Positions 32,525-43,363 are shown, numbered from the stretch's first letter. The stretch is 64,000 nucleotides of DNA from Nannocystis pusilla (GCF_051105105.1 NZ_CP185339.1), one strand, 5' to 3'. Numbers and translations are program-made. The notes: generated by a model from the sequence alone, not told the origin.

Positions 32525-33112
32525 ATGCGTGGACTCAAAACGCTCGTATGTGCCCTCGCGCTCGCTGCCTGCGAAGGCGGCGATGGTGGCGCCGACAGCA
32601 ACAACGGTCAGGTCAGCGCCGAGCTCGAGGGCTACTGCATCGCCACCTTCACGGGCAGCCACGAGATCCTCAACCTCAGCGGCGGCGTCGCGCTCCGCGT
32701 CGAGGAGGGGCAGCGCTATTTGCTCACCGGTCTGCCGGACTGGCCGGCGATCGTGTACCAGCACGAGGACGGGGCGTTCGACCTCGAGCTCGACGTGGCC
32801 ACCGCGCCGATCGAGGCGCCGTGCCTGGCCGAAGGCGCGGCGCTGACGGGGGAGTACGTCGCGTTCGCCGAGCTCGAGTTGTATTCGGACCAGGCCCTGC
32901 AAAACCTGGTGTGCACGATCGAGAAGTTCGCGAGCGGCAGCGGGATGGGCTTCGGCTACGGCTACGTCGCGGACCTCGTCTACGAGGTCATCCCTGGCGG
33001 CGCTTTCTGCGACGGCCTGAAGTCGGGCTACGTGCGGGCGACGCGGATCATGATCGGCGACATGGGCCACGTCGGGGTGCCGATCTGGCAGCTCTTCAAG
33101 CTGCAGGAGTGA
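32525..33112 (+). CDS. lipoprotein, unknown function
   Basis: MRGLKTLVCALALAAC lipobox. Confidence 0.55.
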   Translation: MRGLKTLVCALALAACEGGDGGADSNNGQVSAELEGYCIATFTGSHEILNLSGGVALRVEEGQRYLLTGLPDWPAIVYQHEDGAFDLELDVATAPIEAPCLAEGAALTGEYVAFAELELYSDQALQNLVCTIEKFASGSGMGFGYGYVADLVYEVIPGGAFCDGLKSGYVRATRIMIGDMGHVGVPIWQLFKLQE

Positions 33113-33222
33113 GAGCGGTCGAGGCGAGAGCGTCGAGCTGACCTCGGCGGCTGTGCGGCCGCGCCGTGCGATCGACGGTGTCGCGGCTGCGCCTCGCAGG
33201 GTATCCTCCGCACGGGGGCGCC

Positions 33223-34074
33223 ATGACGATAGACATCGACCATTTGTGGTCCGAGATCATCGACGAGCAGGACGGCTGGCGGGAGCTCCACGTCAATTGC
33301 ATCTTCGCCGACGAGGTCGACTTGCCGTCGCTGCTGGCGCGGCCCGAGCTCGACGCGACCTGCGAGCTGTGGATCGAGCACTGGATGACCGCCGATGCGC
33401 TGCGGGACGACTATCGCCCGTGGTTCGACGCCCTGGCCGGACGACCGTTGCCGGGGCTGCGCAGCCTGACTTTCGGGGGCTATTCGGACCGCTCGATCGA
33501 CGCACATCTGGGGACGGCGGCCGGGCTCGCCGCGACGCTGGAGACGCTCGAGCGCCTGGTGCTCGTCGGCGACGGCTCCCAGCTCGTCCCGATCCGTGCG
33601 CCGCGACTGCGCGAGCTGTGGCTCGAGCACGGCGCCTTCCCGGCCGCGGTCGCGCGGGAGGTGCTGGCGACCAGCGTGTTGCCGTCGCTGGTGGCGGCCC
33701 GGATCCGGCTGAACAACATGGACGGCAGAGATCCGGATCTGGCGACGTTCGGCCGGATCGCCGCGCTGTTCGAGCGCGACGACATCAAGCTCGAGCATCT
33801 CACGCTCTCGGGCGTGGCGTTCGCACGCGACGACTTCGCGGCGCTGCTCGCCTCGCCGGTGACGACCCACCTGAAGCTGCTCGACCTCGGCCGCGGTTGC
33901 ACGGTCGAGGGCGGCGCCGAGACGGTGCTGAAGCTCCGCGAGCGGCTCCCGGACGTGCTCGTCGTGCCGCCAATGGGCGTCGAGGCGGCCGCGCTCGTCG
34001 CCGGCGGGCTCCGGTCCTGCGCGCGCCACGAGCTCCATGCGATGATCGGCCCGGCGGTCCCCAGTCGCTGGTAG
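33223..34074 (+). CDS. leucine-rich repeat-like protein
   Basis: LxxLxL periodicity (LETLERLVLVG, LRELWLEH, LKLLDLG). Confidence 0.5.
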   Translation: MTIDIDHLWSEIIDEQDGWRELHVNCIFADEVDLPSLLARPELDATCELWIEHWMTADALRDDYRPWFDALAGRPLPGLRSLTFGGYSDRSIDAHLGTAAGLAATLETLERLVLVGDGSQLVPIRAPRLRELWLEHGAFPAAVAREVLATSVLPSLVAARIRLNNMDGRDPDLATFGRIAALFERDDIKLEHLTLSGVAFARDDFAALLASPVTTHLKLLDLGRGCTVEGGAETVLKLRERLPDVLVVPPMGVEAAALVAGGLRSCARHELHAMIGPAVPSRW

Positions 34075-34364
34075 TTCACGACGGCGCAACAGGCCGGTGG
34101 ATGCCGCCCGGCGAGCAACCACGGTAACGAGGCGGGCTCGCCCGAGCCGCGCGAGCACGAGGTCGATGCGCTCGGGTCGCCAGCGAGCCGTGAGCGGCGC
34201 GACGGGCGAGTTGCAGCGGTGCGAACGCGCCTCGCACCGTTGCGACGACGCGGCGACCCGCGACGCGTACACTCGCAGCATTCGCTCGCAGGCGCGACTG
34301 TGAGCATTGTTCACGGCGCGCGCGAGCCACGACGGATTCATCCGTCAGGCACGAGGAACCAACC

Positions 34365-34580
34365 ATGAAGAAGCTTGCATTCATCCTGTCCTTCGCCGTC
34401 GGCGTCATCGTCGCCAACACCGCGCTGGCCGCCCAGCCCGCCAAGGCCTGCACCGCCAGCAACGAGGGCGAGACCGTGACCACGTGGAACAAGGCGCACA
34501 CGCGCTCGGAGACCTACCTCTGCAGCTCGGGCTGGCAGCTTATCCGCGTCTGCGCCAACGGCATCTGCGAAGACTACTGA
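34365..34580 (+). CDS. small secreted cysteine-rich peptide (71 aa, 6 Cys in the mature part)
   Basis: MKKLAFILSFAVGVIVANTALAAQP signal peptide, GGAACCAACC before the ATG, locally lower GC. Confidence 0.55.
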   Translation: MKKLAFILSFAVGVIVANTALAAQPAKACTASNEGETVTTWNKAHTRSETYLCSSGWQLIRVCANGICEDY

Positions 34581-34597
34581 GGTCGTCGCTCCTGCGC

Positions 34598-35545
34598 TCA
34601 TTTGGACTCGACCCGCCCGAGCGGCTCGGGCGCACGGGTCAGCGCATTTTGGGCGTCCTGCCACGCCGGGTCTCCGGGGTAGAGCTGCGTGCGGAGGTAG
34701 GCCGCCGAGAGGCGCTGGACGACGGCGACGCGGTCAGGGTTCTCGTCGGTGGTCTCGGCGGCGTCGTAGCCCGAGACGCCGCCGAGGCCGTGCCCCGCGT
34801 CGAACAGGGTGAGCAGGGACTTGGGGCCAGGCGAGAGGACGTAGGGATCGGCGTGCCAGGCGGCGCCCGCGGTCGTCAGGTGGGGAGACCCGTCCTTGTC
34901 GCCGGCGACGACGAGCGCGGGCGTCGTCATCGTCGAGAAGTCGATCGTCGAGAAGAATGGGTAGTGCTCGGCTGCGTATTGGCTGAGGGTGTCGCCTCGG
35001 CCGGGCGCGGCGAGCAGCACGCCCGCGCGGATCCGCGGCTCTGTGAGGCTCACCTCGGTGCCGTCGCGCGGATCTCGGAGCCGCGCGCCGAGCAGCACGC
35101 TCGCGGTGTGACCGCCCATCGAGTGGCCGAGGACGGCGACCTTGCTGCGATCGAGGCGCCCGGCGAGCGCAGGCGCGGCGCGCTCGAGCGCGTCGAGCTG
35201 GTCGAGGATCCGCTTCATGTCCTCGACGCGCGCGCGCCAGAAGAGCGGCGCATCCGGGTGATCGGAGCTGCGGAAGGGGAGCGTCTTCGAGTCGAGGTGG
35301 GTGGGCTGGATCACGACGAAGCCGTGGGCCGCGAAATAGTGGGCGAGGGGGCCGTAGCCGTTCAGGGAGGACAGATGGTTGGAGGGGCCGTGGCCGTGCG
35401 AGAGCAGCAGGATGGGCAGCTCGCCGCCGGTCACGGGCGCCGAGACGCGCAGCTGGAGCTCCACGGGGCGGCCGGGGGCGGGGAGCACGATGGGGCTGAT
35501 CGAGAGGACCTGGGCGGGGCGCGCTGCGAAATTGGGCTCGGTCAT
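34598..35545 (-). CDS. alpha/beta hydrolase (dienelactone-hydrolase/PAF-acetylhydrolase-like)
   Basis: GHSMGG nucleophile elbow; start at the internal MTEPNF. Confidence 0.75.
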   Translation of the reverse strand: MTEPNFAARPAQVLSISPIVLPAPGRPVELQLRVSAPVTGGELPILLLSHGHGPSNHLSSLNGYGPLAHYFAAHGFVVIQPTHLDSKTLPFRSSDHPDAPLFWRARVEDMKRILDQLDALERAAPALAGRLDRSKVAVLGHSMGGHTASVLLGARLRDPRDGTEVSLTEPRIRAGVLLAAPGRGDTLSQYAAEHYPFFSTIDFSTMTTPALVVAGDKDGSPHLTTAGAAWHADPYVLSPGPKSLLTLFDAGHGLGGVSGYDAAETTDENPDRVAVVQRLSAAYLRTQLYPGDPAWQDAQNALTRAPEPLGRVESK

Positions 35546-35587
35546 GGTGTGGAGTTCCTTCGCCCTCCTTGGTAGCTCCGGCCACCG

Positions 35588-36454
35588 GTGTCCGATTGGA
35601 AGGACCGGACATTTCCGGATCGATGCTCGCGCCGGCTTGAACGATCGCCGTGGGCGCGCGACAGTGGGTGGGTGCTGCACCCGCTGAGCGCCACCGCCGC
35701 GACCTCTCCGCTCTCGCGCTTCATCGAGGACGTGCTCGTGCTCGAGCCGGATGCCGGACGCGCGCGTTACGAACGGCTGCCCGACGGCAGGACCACGATC
35801 GTGTTCCGCGTGTTCGAGGAGGGCCACAGCGGCGATGTGTGCGTCGTCGGCCCGCGGAGGCGCGCGCTGTTCAAGGACGCCGGCGGCGTCGCGCGGGCGA
35901 TCATCCTGCAGTTCAAGCCCGGCTGGTCGACGGCGCTCCTCGGCGTGGCCGCCAGCGCGCTGACGGATCGGGTCGTGCCGCTGGAAGACATCTGGGGCCG
36001 TCCGGGCAGCGAGCTCTGCCACGAGCTGCTGGCGACGCAGAGCCTGCCGGAGGTGCTCGAGCGGGTGTCTCGCGCGATCGCGTCGCGGACGCGCGACAGC
36101 TTCGAGACGTCATCGGCACGGCTGGCGCGCCGCGCGGTTCACCTGTTCGAAGCAGGCGAGGCCCGGGTGGAGCGCGTGGCGGAGCAGCTCGGCGTCACGG
36201 CGCGGCACCTTCGCCGCACCTTCACGGAGTGCGTCGGCATCGGCCCGAAGGACTTCGCGCGGACGGTCCGCCTGCGACGCGCGGTACGGTTGGCGGCGAC
36301 GTCGAAGGACTGGGCGCGCATCGCCGCCGACGCGGGCTATTACGATCAGGCGCACCTTATCACCGATTTCCGCGAGCTCGTCGGGCTGACGCCGGGCACC
36401 TTTCAGAGGCGTCGCGTCGGCTCCGGTGAAGCGGAGGTCGGGCTCCGCGATTGA
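35588..36454 (+). CDS. AraC family transcriptional regulator
   Basis: C-terminal dual HTH (VERVAEQLGVTARHLRRTF...IAADAGYYDQAHLITDFRELVGLTP). Divergent from the hydrolase gene. Confidence 0.7.
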   Translation: MSDWKDRTFPDRCSRRLERSPWARDSGWVLHPLSATAATSPLSRFIEDVLVLEPDAGRARYERLPDGRTTIVFRVFEEGHSGDVCVVGPRRRALFKDAGGVARAIILQFKPGWSTALLGVAASALTDRVVPLEDIWGRPGSELCHELLATQSLPEVLERVSRAIASRTRDSFETSSARLARRAVHLFEAGEARVERVAEQLGVTARHLRRTFTECVGIGPKDFARTVRLRRAVRLAATSKDWARIAADAGYYDQAHLITDFRELVGLTPGTFQRRRVGSGEAEVGLRD

Positions 36455-36469
36455 GCGCCGACGCGGCCG

Positions 36470-38152
36470 TCAGGCTTGCCAGAGGCGGAGGCCGTACGCG
36501 TCGGCGGCGACGCAGAGCACGCCGTCGACCGAGAGGGCGAGCCCCTCGGCGTCGATCGTGATGCGCGGGCGCTCGGGGTTGCGTCCGAGGTCGACCCGCT
36601 CGACGAGCGTGCCCTGCTTCGCGTCGTAGAGGCTCGCGGCGCTCGTCACGGTCTTGCTGGCCGGATCGTAGACGCGCTCGCTGACGACGAGGCGCGCGCC
36701 GTCGGGCGAGAAGGCGAGGTGGAAGCCGGCGTCGGGGGTCTCGTCCGGGTGCACGGCACCGCCCTGGAGCTCGTGGAGGACGCGACCGGACTCGAGCTCG
36801 ACGATCCGCACGGCCGTTCGCTTGCCGATGGTGCCGAGAGCCACGAGCGCGCCGTCGGCCGAGGCGGCGAACACCGCGGCGCCGGCCCAGGTCGTCACGA
36901 GCGCGCCGGTCGCGAGATCGAAGAGCTTCACCGCGGACGGGCCAGTGAGCTGCATGGTGCCCGGGTCGTAGGCCTGGATGTGGGCGAGCAACCGGTCGCC
37001 GGCGGCGCCGAGCCGGCGCACGTTCTTCACGCGGGGCAGCGTCTTCAGCGTCCGCTGCATGGCCAGATCGAGGACGTGCAGGGTGTCGGCGGTGTCGGCG
37101 ACGACGACCCGGTCGCCCACACAGGCCACTGCGGTGAGCGCAGGACCGGGCCGCCACGGCTCGCGGTGGAGCGACTTGCCCGTGGCGCACGCGCGCAGCA
37201 CGAGCCGATCGGCGGGCTCGCTCCCCCGCGGTTGCTCGAGCACCGCGACGGTCTGGCCGTCGGCGGACAGGTCCATCGCGGCCGCGTGCTTCTGCTTCCA
37301 CAGGCGCTCGCGTCGGCCCACGTCGTAGACGAAGAGCTCGTAGTCGGCGCCCCAGACGGCGAGGCGCTGGCCGTCGGGGCTGAACGCCACGCCACGCGGG
37401 GCGTCCTCGTCGAGGACCGCGGGCGGCTGCTTCAGCGAGGGGAGGGACGGGCGGACGACCGGCTGATCGCCGGCGGGGGCGAGCACCTGCGGGCGCACCG
37501 GGCCGGGCGCTTTCTTCTTCGGCAGGCGCGCGAGGAGGGGGGCCCACTCTTCCGCCGGGACGTCCTCGAAGGCGCGCTCGAGCTCGGCGCGCAGATCGAT
37601 GTTGAGGCTGGCCTCGGCCTTCTTGTCGAGGAAGGCGAAGTACCAGCGCCAGGTGCCGAACTTCGAGAACCACGCGACGAAGTCGGCGAACGTGAGGCCC
37701 TTCAGGGGGTACGCCGCGTCGGCGCGGTGGACGAGGTAGATCGTCGGCTCCTCGGCGAAGTAGTCGATGGCGAGCTCGTTCGACTCGCCCGCGACGCTGG
37801 CGAGCAGCTTGAGGCGCATGCGGAGGTTGAGCTGGTCGAGCGACTTCTTGTCGGAGTAGTCCCCGTGCTCGTTGAAGAACCGCTCGTAGAAGGGGAGGTC
37901 CGTCCACTCGAGCTCGTCCAAGTCGGCCTTCTTGACGACGCTGTGCTCGCGGAACGCCCCCTTCTTGAGCCCGCCGAACATCTCGGCGAGACCGACGAGG
38001 ACGGCCTCCTGGCCGTTCCAGGACAGCTTCAGGCCGTCGCTCTTGGCGTAGAAGCGGGCGACGTTGCGCGGCAGACCGCCCGGGAGGACGGCGGCGATCG
38101 CCGGCTTGAGCTTCGCCAGCTTGCTCGAGGGGGACTTGAGGCGGCGTTCCAT
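36470..38152 (-). CDS. WD40/beta-propeller repeat protein with N-terminal alpha domain
   Basis: Repeated FSPDG...L...D motifs. Confidence 0.6.
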   Translation of the reverse strand: MERRLKSPSSKLAKLKPAIAAVLPGGLPRNVARFYAKSDGLKLSWNGQEAVLVGLAEMFGGLKKGAFREHSVVKKADLDELEWTDLPFYERFFNEHGDYSDKKSLDQLNLRMRLKLLASVAGESNELAIDYFAEEPTIYLVHRADAAYPLKGLTFADFVAWFSKFGTWRWYFAFLDKKAEASLNIDLRAELERAFEDVPAEEWAPLLARLPKKKAPGPVRPQVLAPAGDQPVVRPSLPSLKQPPAVLDEDAPRGVAFSPDGQRLAVWGADYELFVYDVGRRERLWKQKHAAAMDLSADGQTVAVLEQPRGSEPADRLVLRACATGKSLHREPWRPGPALTAVACVGDRVVVADTADTLHVLDLAMQRTLKTLPRVKNVRRLGAAGDRLLAHIQAYDPGTMQLTGPSAVKLFDLATGALVTTWAGAAVFAASADGALVALGTIGKRTAVRIVELESGRVLHELQGGAVHPDETPDAGFHLAFSPDGARLVVSERVYDPASKTVTSAASLYDAKQGTLVERVDLGRNPERPRITIDAEGLALSVDGVLCVAADAYGLRLWQA

Positions 38153-38682
38153 GCCGGCGCGAAGACACCACGGATCGGGGCGCGAAGAGAAGCGGAGATC
38201 CCCGGATGCTCATGAGGCGAGGCCGGCTCGCAGGGGGACGCAGTCCGAGGCATACGTGTCGCTTTTTCGAGTGGCTCCTTCGCCTCGCTCGCGCGCGGAG
38301 ATTCAGGGGCGAGATGCAGGCGTCTCCTGGTCGACAGCGATCGGCTCGCCCGTTCTTCGGTGATTGGAAAGTGGTCACGGCCGCTGCGGCCGAGCACGCT
38401 CGCCAGAGGGGATAATCGGCCGCAACCTGCGCCGACGGGCTTTCCCAAGCGGTCCGTCGCGCAGCGGTCGGGCGCGCGGGCGGGATGTCGCTGCGGCCGC
38501 GCCAGGTCGGCGGCGTCGATCATGGTTCCCGGGTGGTGCGTCTCCTCCGCCTCGCTCCGCTGCTTCTGCTGTGCGCGTGCCCTCTCACCGTGCGCATCGA
38601 GGAGCACGCGGCGGTCGAACCGGCAGCCGTCGCGCCCGCCCGCGAGACCTGCGAGAACGCGATCCCGGGCGCTTGCGCCACG

Positions 38683-39063
38683 GAGATGGTGCTGGCGTCC
38701 GTCGTCCAGTACATGACGTTCTTCGCCGAGCTGTGCGGAGCCCTGGTGATCGCAGTCGCGGTGCTGCGGGCGCTGGCTCGCTTCGTGCCGCACCTGCCGC
38801 GCCGCGCCTCGCCGCACGACACGTATCAGGACGAGATCCGGCTGCAGCTCGGCAAGTCGCTGGCGCTGGCGCTCGAGTTCGAACTGGCGGCCGACATCCT
38901 CAAGACCGCGGTGGTGCCGTCGCTGGCGGTGATAGGTCAGCTGGCTGCGATCGTGGTCCTGCGGACGCTGCTGAACTACTTCCTCGAGCGCGAGCTCCGA
39001 CAGGCAGAGAGCCGCGGAGCGGGGCGCGAGACGGCCGAGCTCGCGCGCGAGCGGCCGGGGTGA
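38683..39063 (+). CDS. DUF1622-family small membrane protein
   Basis: MVLASVVQYMTFFAELCGALVIAVAVLRAL...EIRLQLGKSLALALEFELAADILKTAV. Confidence 0.55.
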   Translation, partial: EMVLASVVQYMTFFAELCGALVIAVAVLRALARFVPHLPRRASPHDTYQDEIRLQLGKSLALALEFELAADILKTAVVPSLAVIGQLAAIVVLRTLLNYFLERELRQAESRGAGRETAELARERPG

Positions 39064-39093
39064 AGTTCGCGTGCGTCGTGCGAGCGCCGGGGA

Positions 39094-41322
39094 TCACAGC
39101 AGCTTGTCGAGGGTGATCGGGAGCTCGCGGATTCGCCGGCCCGTCGCGTGAAACACGGCGTTGGCGATCGCGGCCGCGACGCCGACGATCCCGATCTCGC
39201 CGAGGCCCTTGACGCCGAGCGGGTTGACGACGTCGTCGCGCTCCTCGACGAACACGACGTCGATCGCGGGCACGTCGGCGTGCACGGGGACGTGGTACTC
39301 GCCGAGGTTGTGATTGACGAAGCGGCCGAGCCCGTGGTCGAGCATGCTGTGCTCCTCGAGCGCCATGCCGATGCCCCACACCACGCCGCCGAGGATCTGG
39401 CTGCGCGCGGTCTTGGGGTTCAAGATCCGTCCGCCCGCGACCGCGCTGACGACTCGCCTCACCGTCACGGTGCCGAGCGCCTCGTCGACCGCGACCTCGA
39501 CGAACACCGCCGAGTGAGCGTTGCTGGTGTAGCGTGATTGACGGGCGAGGTCGGGGATCGCGGTGGCTTGCTCGGCGATGCTGCCGAGGCCGGCGTGGCG
39601 CATGACCGCGGCGATCGGCACGGCCGGGGCGACGCCGCTGCGCAGGCGCAGGCCGCGGTCGACGAACTCGACGTCTTCGAGCGCGCGTCCGCCGAAGGGC
39701 GAGTCGGGCATGGTCTGCGCCAGCTTCAACAGGCTGTGCTGCAGCGCGCGACACACCGCGAGCACGGCGGAGCCGACCGAGGAGGCGGTGGCCGAGCCGC
39801 CCTGGATCATCGCCGGCGGCAACGCGGTGTCGCCGAGCTCGAAGCGGACCGCGGCGAGCGGCAAGCCGAGCTGCTCGGCGGCGATCTGGGACATGATCGT
39901 GTAAGTGCCGGGGCCGATCTCGCCGCTGGCGCTGGCGACGTGCAGCCGGCCGTCGGCGGTCAGCAGCGCCTTGGCCTGCGACGGGGCCTGCTGCGCCTCC
40001 CAGATGCCGGTGGCCATGCCCCAGCCGATCTGCAGCCCGCCCTCGCGCATCGATCGCGCGGCCGGCGAGCGCCGGTGCCAGCCGAACCGCGCCGCGCCCT
40101 CGCGGTAGCAGTCGCGCAGGGCCTTGCTCGAGAACGGGCGCCGGTGGTCCTGGTCCTCCTCGGCGTAGTTCTTGAGCCGCAGCGCCAGCGGGTCGAGGTC
40201 CAGCGCGTCGGCCAGCTCGTCGATCGCCGACTCGAGCGCCCACAGGCCGGTGACGGCGCCCGGCGCACGGGCGTCGATCGGGGTGTAGAGGTCGAGCGCG
40301 GCCACGCCGTACTCGAGCCGCGTGTTCGGGCACTCGTAGAGCACGCCGGACCAGGGGACCACGTTCTCGCAGTAATCCTCGAAGCGCGAGGTGTTGCCGA
40401 CTGCTTCGTGGATCAGCGCGCGCAGCCTGCCGTCTCGCTCGGCGCCGAGGGCCACGCGCTGGCGCGTCCACGGGCGGTAGCCGATCGTGAACATCTGCTG
40501 GCGGCTGAGCACCACCCGGACCGAGCGCCGCAGCTCGCGGGCGGCCAGCACCGCGAGGAACAATTGATATTGCGGGCGCAGGCCCGAGCCGAAGCCGCCG
40601 CCGACGAACGGGGTGACGACGCGGACCTGGTCGCTCGCCAGGCCGAACACCTTGCACACGTAGTCGCGGCTGTTGGTCACGCCCTGGGTCTTGTCGTGGA
40701 TCGTCAGGCTGCCGTCGGCCTCGACGATCACGGTGGTGGCGTGCGGCTCCATCGGGTTGTGGTGCAGCGCGTGGTGCTCGTAGGTCGCCTCGACGCGCAC
40801 GGGCGCGGCCGCGAGGGCCTCGTCGGCGCGCCCGCGCGGCTTCGGCGGCGGGGTGTAGCCCTTCTTGCCGCGGGCCGGCTCGTGCGCCTCGGCCTCGACC
40901 TGGGTGAGGCGGGTCTCGTGCGGCGCGGTCTCGTAGTCGACCTTGACCAGGCCCGCGGCGTGGCGCGCCAGCTCGAAGCTCTCGGCGACCACGAGCGCGA
41001 CAGGCTGACCGCTGAACTGGATCTCGGCGTCGTGCAGCGGGCGCAGCGGCGAGCCGCCAGGGGCGACCATGTCGCGCCAGCTGCGGTCGCGCCAGGCCAG
41101 CCGCGGGGTGTTCTCGTGGGTGTAGACCTGCAGCACGCCGGGCAGCGCGAGCGCCTCGGCGGCGTCGATGCGGACGATCTTGCCGCGGGCGATCGCGCTG
41201 GTGACGACAAAACCGTGCACGAGGTCGGGCGCAGTGAACTCGCCGGCGTAACGAGCCTGGCCAGTGACCTTGGCCCGGCCGTCCACGCGATCGTGAGGTG
41301 CGCCGGTCTTGCCCGTGGTCAT
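39094..41322 (-). CDS. xanthine dehydrogenase/aldehyde oxidase family molybdopterin-binding subunit
   Basis: ~740 aa from MTTGKTGAPHDRV..., with the Mo-binding motif GGGFG. Confidence 0.85.
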   Translation of the reverse strand: MTTGKTGAPHDRVDGRAKVTGQARYAGEFTAPDLVHGFVVTSAIARGKIVRIDAAEALALPGVLQVYTHENTPRLAWRDRSWRDMVAPGGSPLRPLHDAEIQFSGQPVALVVAESFELARHAAGLVKVDYETAPHETRLTQVEAEAHEPARGKKGYTPPPKPRGRADEALAAAPVRVEATYEHHALHHNPMEPHATTVIVEADGSLTIHDKTQGVTNSRDYVCKVFGLASDQVRVVTPFVGGGFGSGLRPQYQLFLAVLAARELRRSVRVVLSRQQMFTIGYRPWTRQRVALGAERDGRLRALIHEAVGNTSRFEDYCENVVPWSGVLYECPNTRLEYGVAALDLYTPIDARAPGAVTGLWALESAIDELADALDLDPLALRLKNYAEEDQDHRRPFSSKALRDCYREGAARFGWHRRSPAARSMREGGLQIGWGMATGIWEAQQAPSQAKALLTADGRLHVASASGEIGPGTYTIMSQIAAEQLGLPLAAVRFELGDTALPPAMIQGGSATASSVGSAVLAVCRALQHSLLKLAQTMPDSPFGGRALEDVEFVDRGLRLRSGVAPAVPIAAVMRHAGLGSIAEQATAIPDLARQSRYTSNAHSAVFVEVAVDEALGTVTVRRVVSAVAGGRILNPKTARSQILGGVVWGIGMALEEHSMLDHGLGRFVNHNLGEYHVPVHADVPAIDVVFVEERDDVVNPLGVKGLGEIGIVGVAAAIANAVFHATGRRIRELPITLDKLL

Positions 41323-42316
41323 GCGCGTGGCCCTCCGGCGACCGCCTGCTGCAGCGCGCGGACCACCGCGCGACGGACGAGGGCGATCTTGAAGTCGTTG
41401 TGGCCGCAGCCGCGAGCGTCGCGCACGAGGTGCTCGCCGACGGCGGCGAACAGGGCGTCGTCGGGCTTCTGGCCGCGCAGCAGCGCCTCGGCCGTCGGGT
41501 CGCGCCACGGCTTGTGCGCGACGCCGCCGAGCGCGAGGCGAGCCTCGCCGATCGTGCCGTCGACCATCCTCAGGCCGACGGCCACCGACACCAGGGCGAA
41601 CGCGTAAGAGTGACGATCGCGGACCTTGAGGTAGGTCGAGTGGGCGGCGAAGCCCTCGCGCGGCAGCGCGACGGCGGTGACGAGCTCGCCCGGCTGCAAG
41701 GTGGTGTCGCGTTCGGGCGCGTCGCCGGGCAGGCGGTGGAACTCGGCGAACTCGATCGCGCGGGCGCCGGCGGGGCCGGTGACGTGCACGGTGGCCGCGA
41801 GCGCGGCCAGGGCGACGCACATGTCCGAAGGATGGACCGCGATGCAATGCTCGCTGGCGCCGAGGATCGCGTGGATCCGGTTGACGCCGGCGCGCGCCGG
41901 GCAGCCGCTGCCGGGGGCGCGCTTGTTGCAGGGCAGGGCGGCGTCGTAGAAGTAATAGCAGCGGGTGCGCTGCAGCAGGTTGCCGCCGGTGCTGGCCATG
42001 TTGCGCAGCTGCGGCGAGGCGCCGGCGAGGATCGCCTGCGACAGCAGCGGATAGCGAGACACGACCTCGGGGTGATAGGCGACCTCGCTGTTGCTGACGA
42101 GGGCGCCGATCTCGAGGCCGCCGTCCGGCGACGACTTCACGGCGCGCAGCGGCAGGCGGGTGATGTCGATGAGCCGGCTCGGCGCGGCGATCCGCTCCTT
42201 CATCAGGTCGACGAGGTTGGTCCCGCCGGCGATGAACTGGGCGGCGCCGTCCGCTGCGGCCGCGTGCACTGCCTCGGCGACGTCGCCCGCCCGGGTGTAG
42301 CCGAACCGGTTCACGC
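41319..42316 (-). CDS. FAD-binding subunit of xanthine dehydrogenase family molybdoenzyme
   Basis: VNRFGYTRAGDVAEAV...QFIAGGTNLVDLMK (FAD_binding_5). GTG start overlaps the 2Fe-2S gene stop. Confidence 0.8.
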
Positions 42317-42793
42317 GTCCCTCCGCGGCCGCATGGCCTGGCCGATCGCGGCGACGATGTTGGGGTAGGCGCCGCAGCGGCACAGGTTGCCGCTCATGAG
42401 CTCGCGGATCTGGTCCTCGCTGCGCGCGTGGCCCTCGGCGATGAGGCCGACGGCCGAGCAGATCTGGCCCGGCGTGCAGTAGCCGCACTGGAACGCGTCG
42501 TTCTCGATGAACGCCTGCTGCAGCGGGTGCAGGGCGTCGCCCTCGGCCAGGCCCTCGATGGTGGTGACGCTGGCGCCGTCGCGCATCACCGCGAGGCTGA
42601 GGCAGCTGTTGATGCGGACACCGTCGACGAGCACGGTGCAGGCGCCGCACTGGCCGTGGTCGCAGCCCTTCTTGCTGCCGGTGAGGCCGAGGCGCTCGCG
42701 CAGCAGGTCGAGCAGGGTGGTCCAGGGCGCGACCTGCAGGCGCAGCGTGGACCCGTTCACCTTCAAGGTGATGGCGCAGGTGTCGTCGCCCAT
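42311..42793 (-). CDS. (2Fe-2S)-binding small subunit of xanthine dehydrogenase family molybdoenzyme
   Basis: CDHGQCGACTV...CGYCTPG...CRCG. Confidence 0.85.
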   Translation of the reverse strand: MGDDTCAITLKVNGSTLRLQVAPWTTLLDLLRERLGLTGSKKGCDHGQCGACTVLVDGVRINSCLSLAVMRDGASVTTIEGLAEGDALHPLQQAFIENDAFQCGYCTPGQICSAVGLIAEGHARSEDQIRELMSGNLCRCGAYPNIVAAIGQAMRPRRDA

Positions 42794-42989
42794 GTCGGCA
42801 GCATGGGCGCGACGGTCGGGTGCGCGAGCGGTCGCGGCCTGGCGCGCCCGCGGGGCGTTCGAGGACGGTCGACGCCGGTGCGCGGCGCAAGACCCGCTCG
42901 GCGGAGCGGCTCGCGTCGGGCCGCTGTCGGGCGCGAAGCCGACCGCGTCCGGTTGTCGAGCCGAGGAGGTCGGGCTAGCGTCTCGTCGA

Positions 42990-43363
42990 TGAAGTCCCTC
43001 GCCGATTACGAGCAGAAGTTCGACCGGCTCCACGAGGATTGTCCCGTCCGCGCCGCGCTCGACGTCATCCGCGGGCGCTGGAAGCCCTCGATCTTCTACG
43101 AGCTCAAGGACGGCCCGCGGCGCTTCTCGCAGCTGCAGGCGGCGCTCGCCGGCATCACCGCGCAGGCGCTGACCGTGCAGCTGCGCCAGCTCGAGGCCGA
43201 CGGCGTGGTCGTCCGCACCGTGCACGCGGACGAGAGCCCGCTGCGCGTCGAGTACGCGCTGAGCGAGTCGGGCAAGACGCTGTCGGGCGTGCTGGACCAG
43301 CTCGAGGTGTGGGGCGCGGCCTATATGGAGCGGCGCGGCGCGACGCGCTCGCGGGTCGCCTGA
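42990..43363 (+). CDS. HxlR family transcriptional regulator
   Basis: CPVRAALDVIRGRWKPSIFYEL...RFSQLQ. Confidence 0.85.

Noticed and set aside
36360-41607. Long ORFs 36360..38378(-), 36476..38215(+), 38900..40657(-), 39538..41607(+)
   Set aside because: Alternate or antisense frames of the WD40 and xanthine dehydrogenase genes; compositionally Arg/Gly/Ala-biased.
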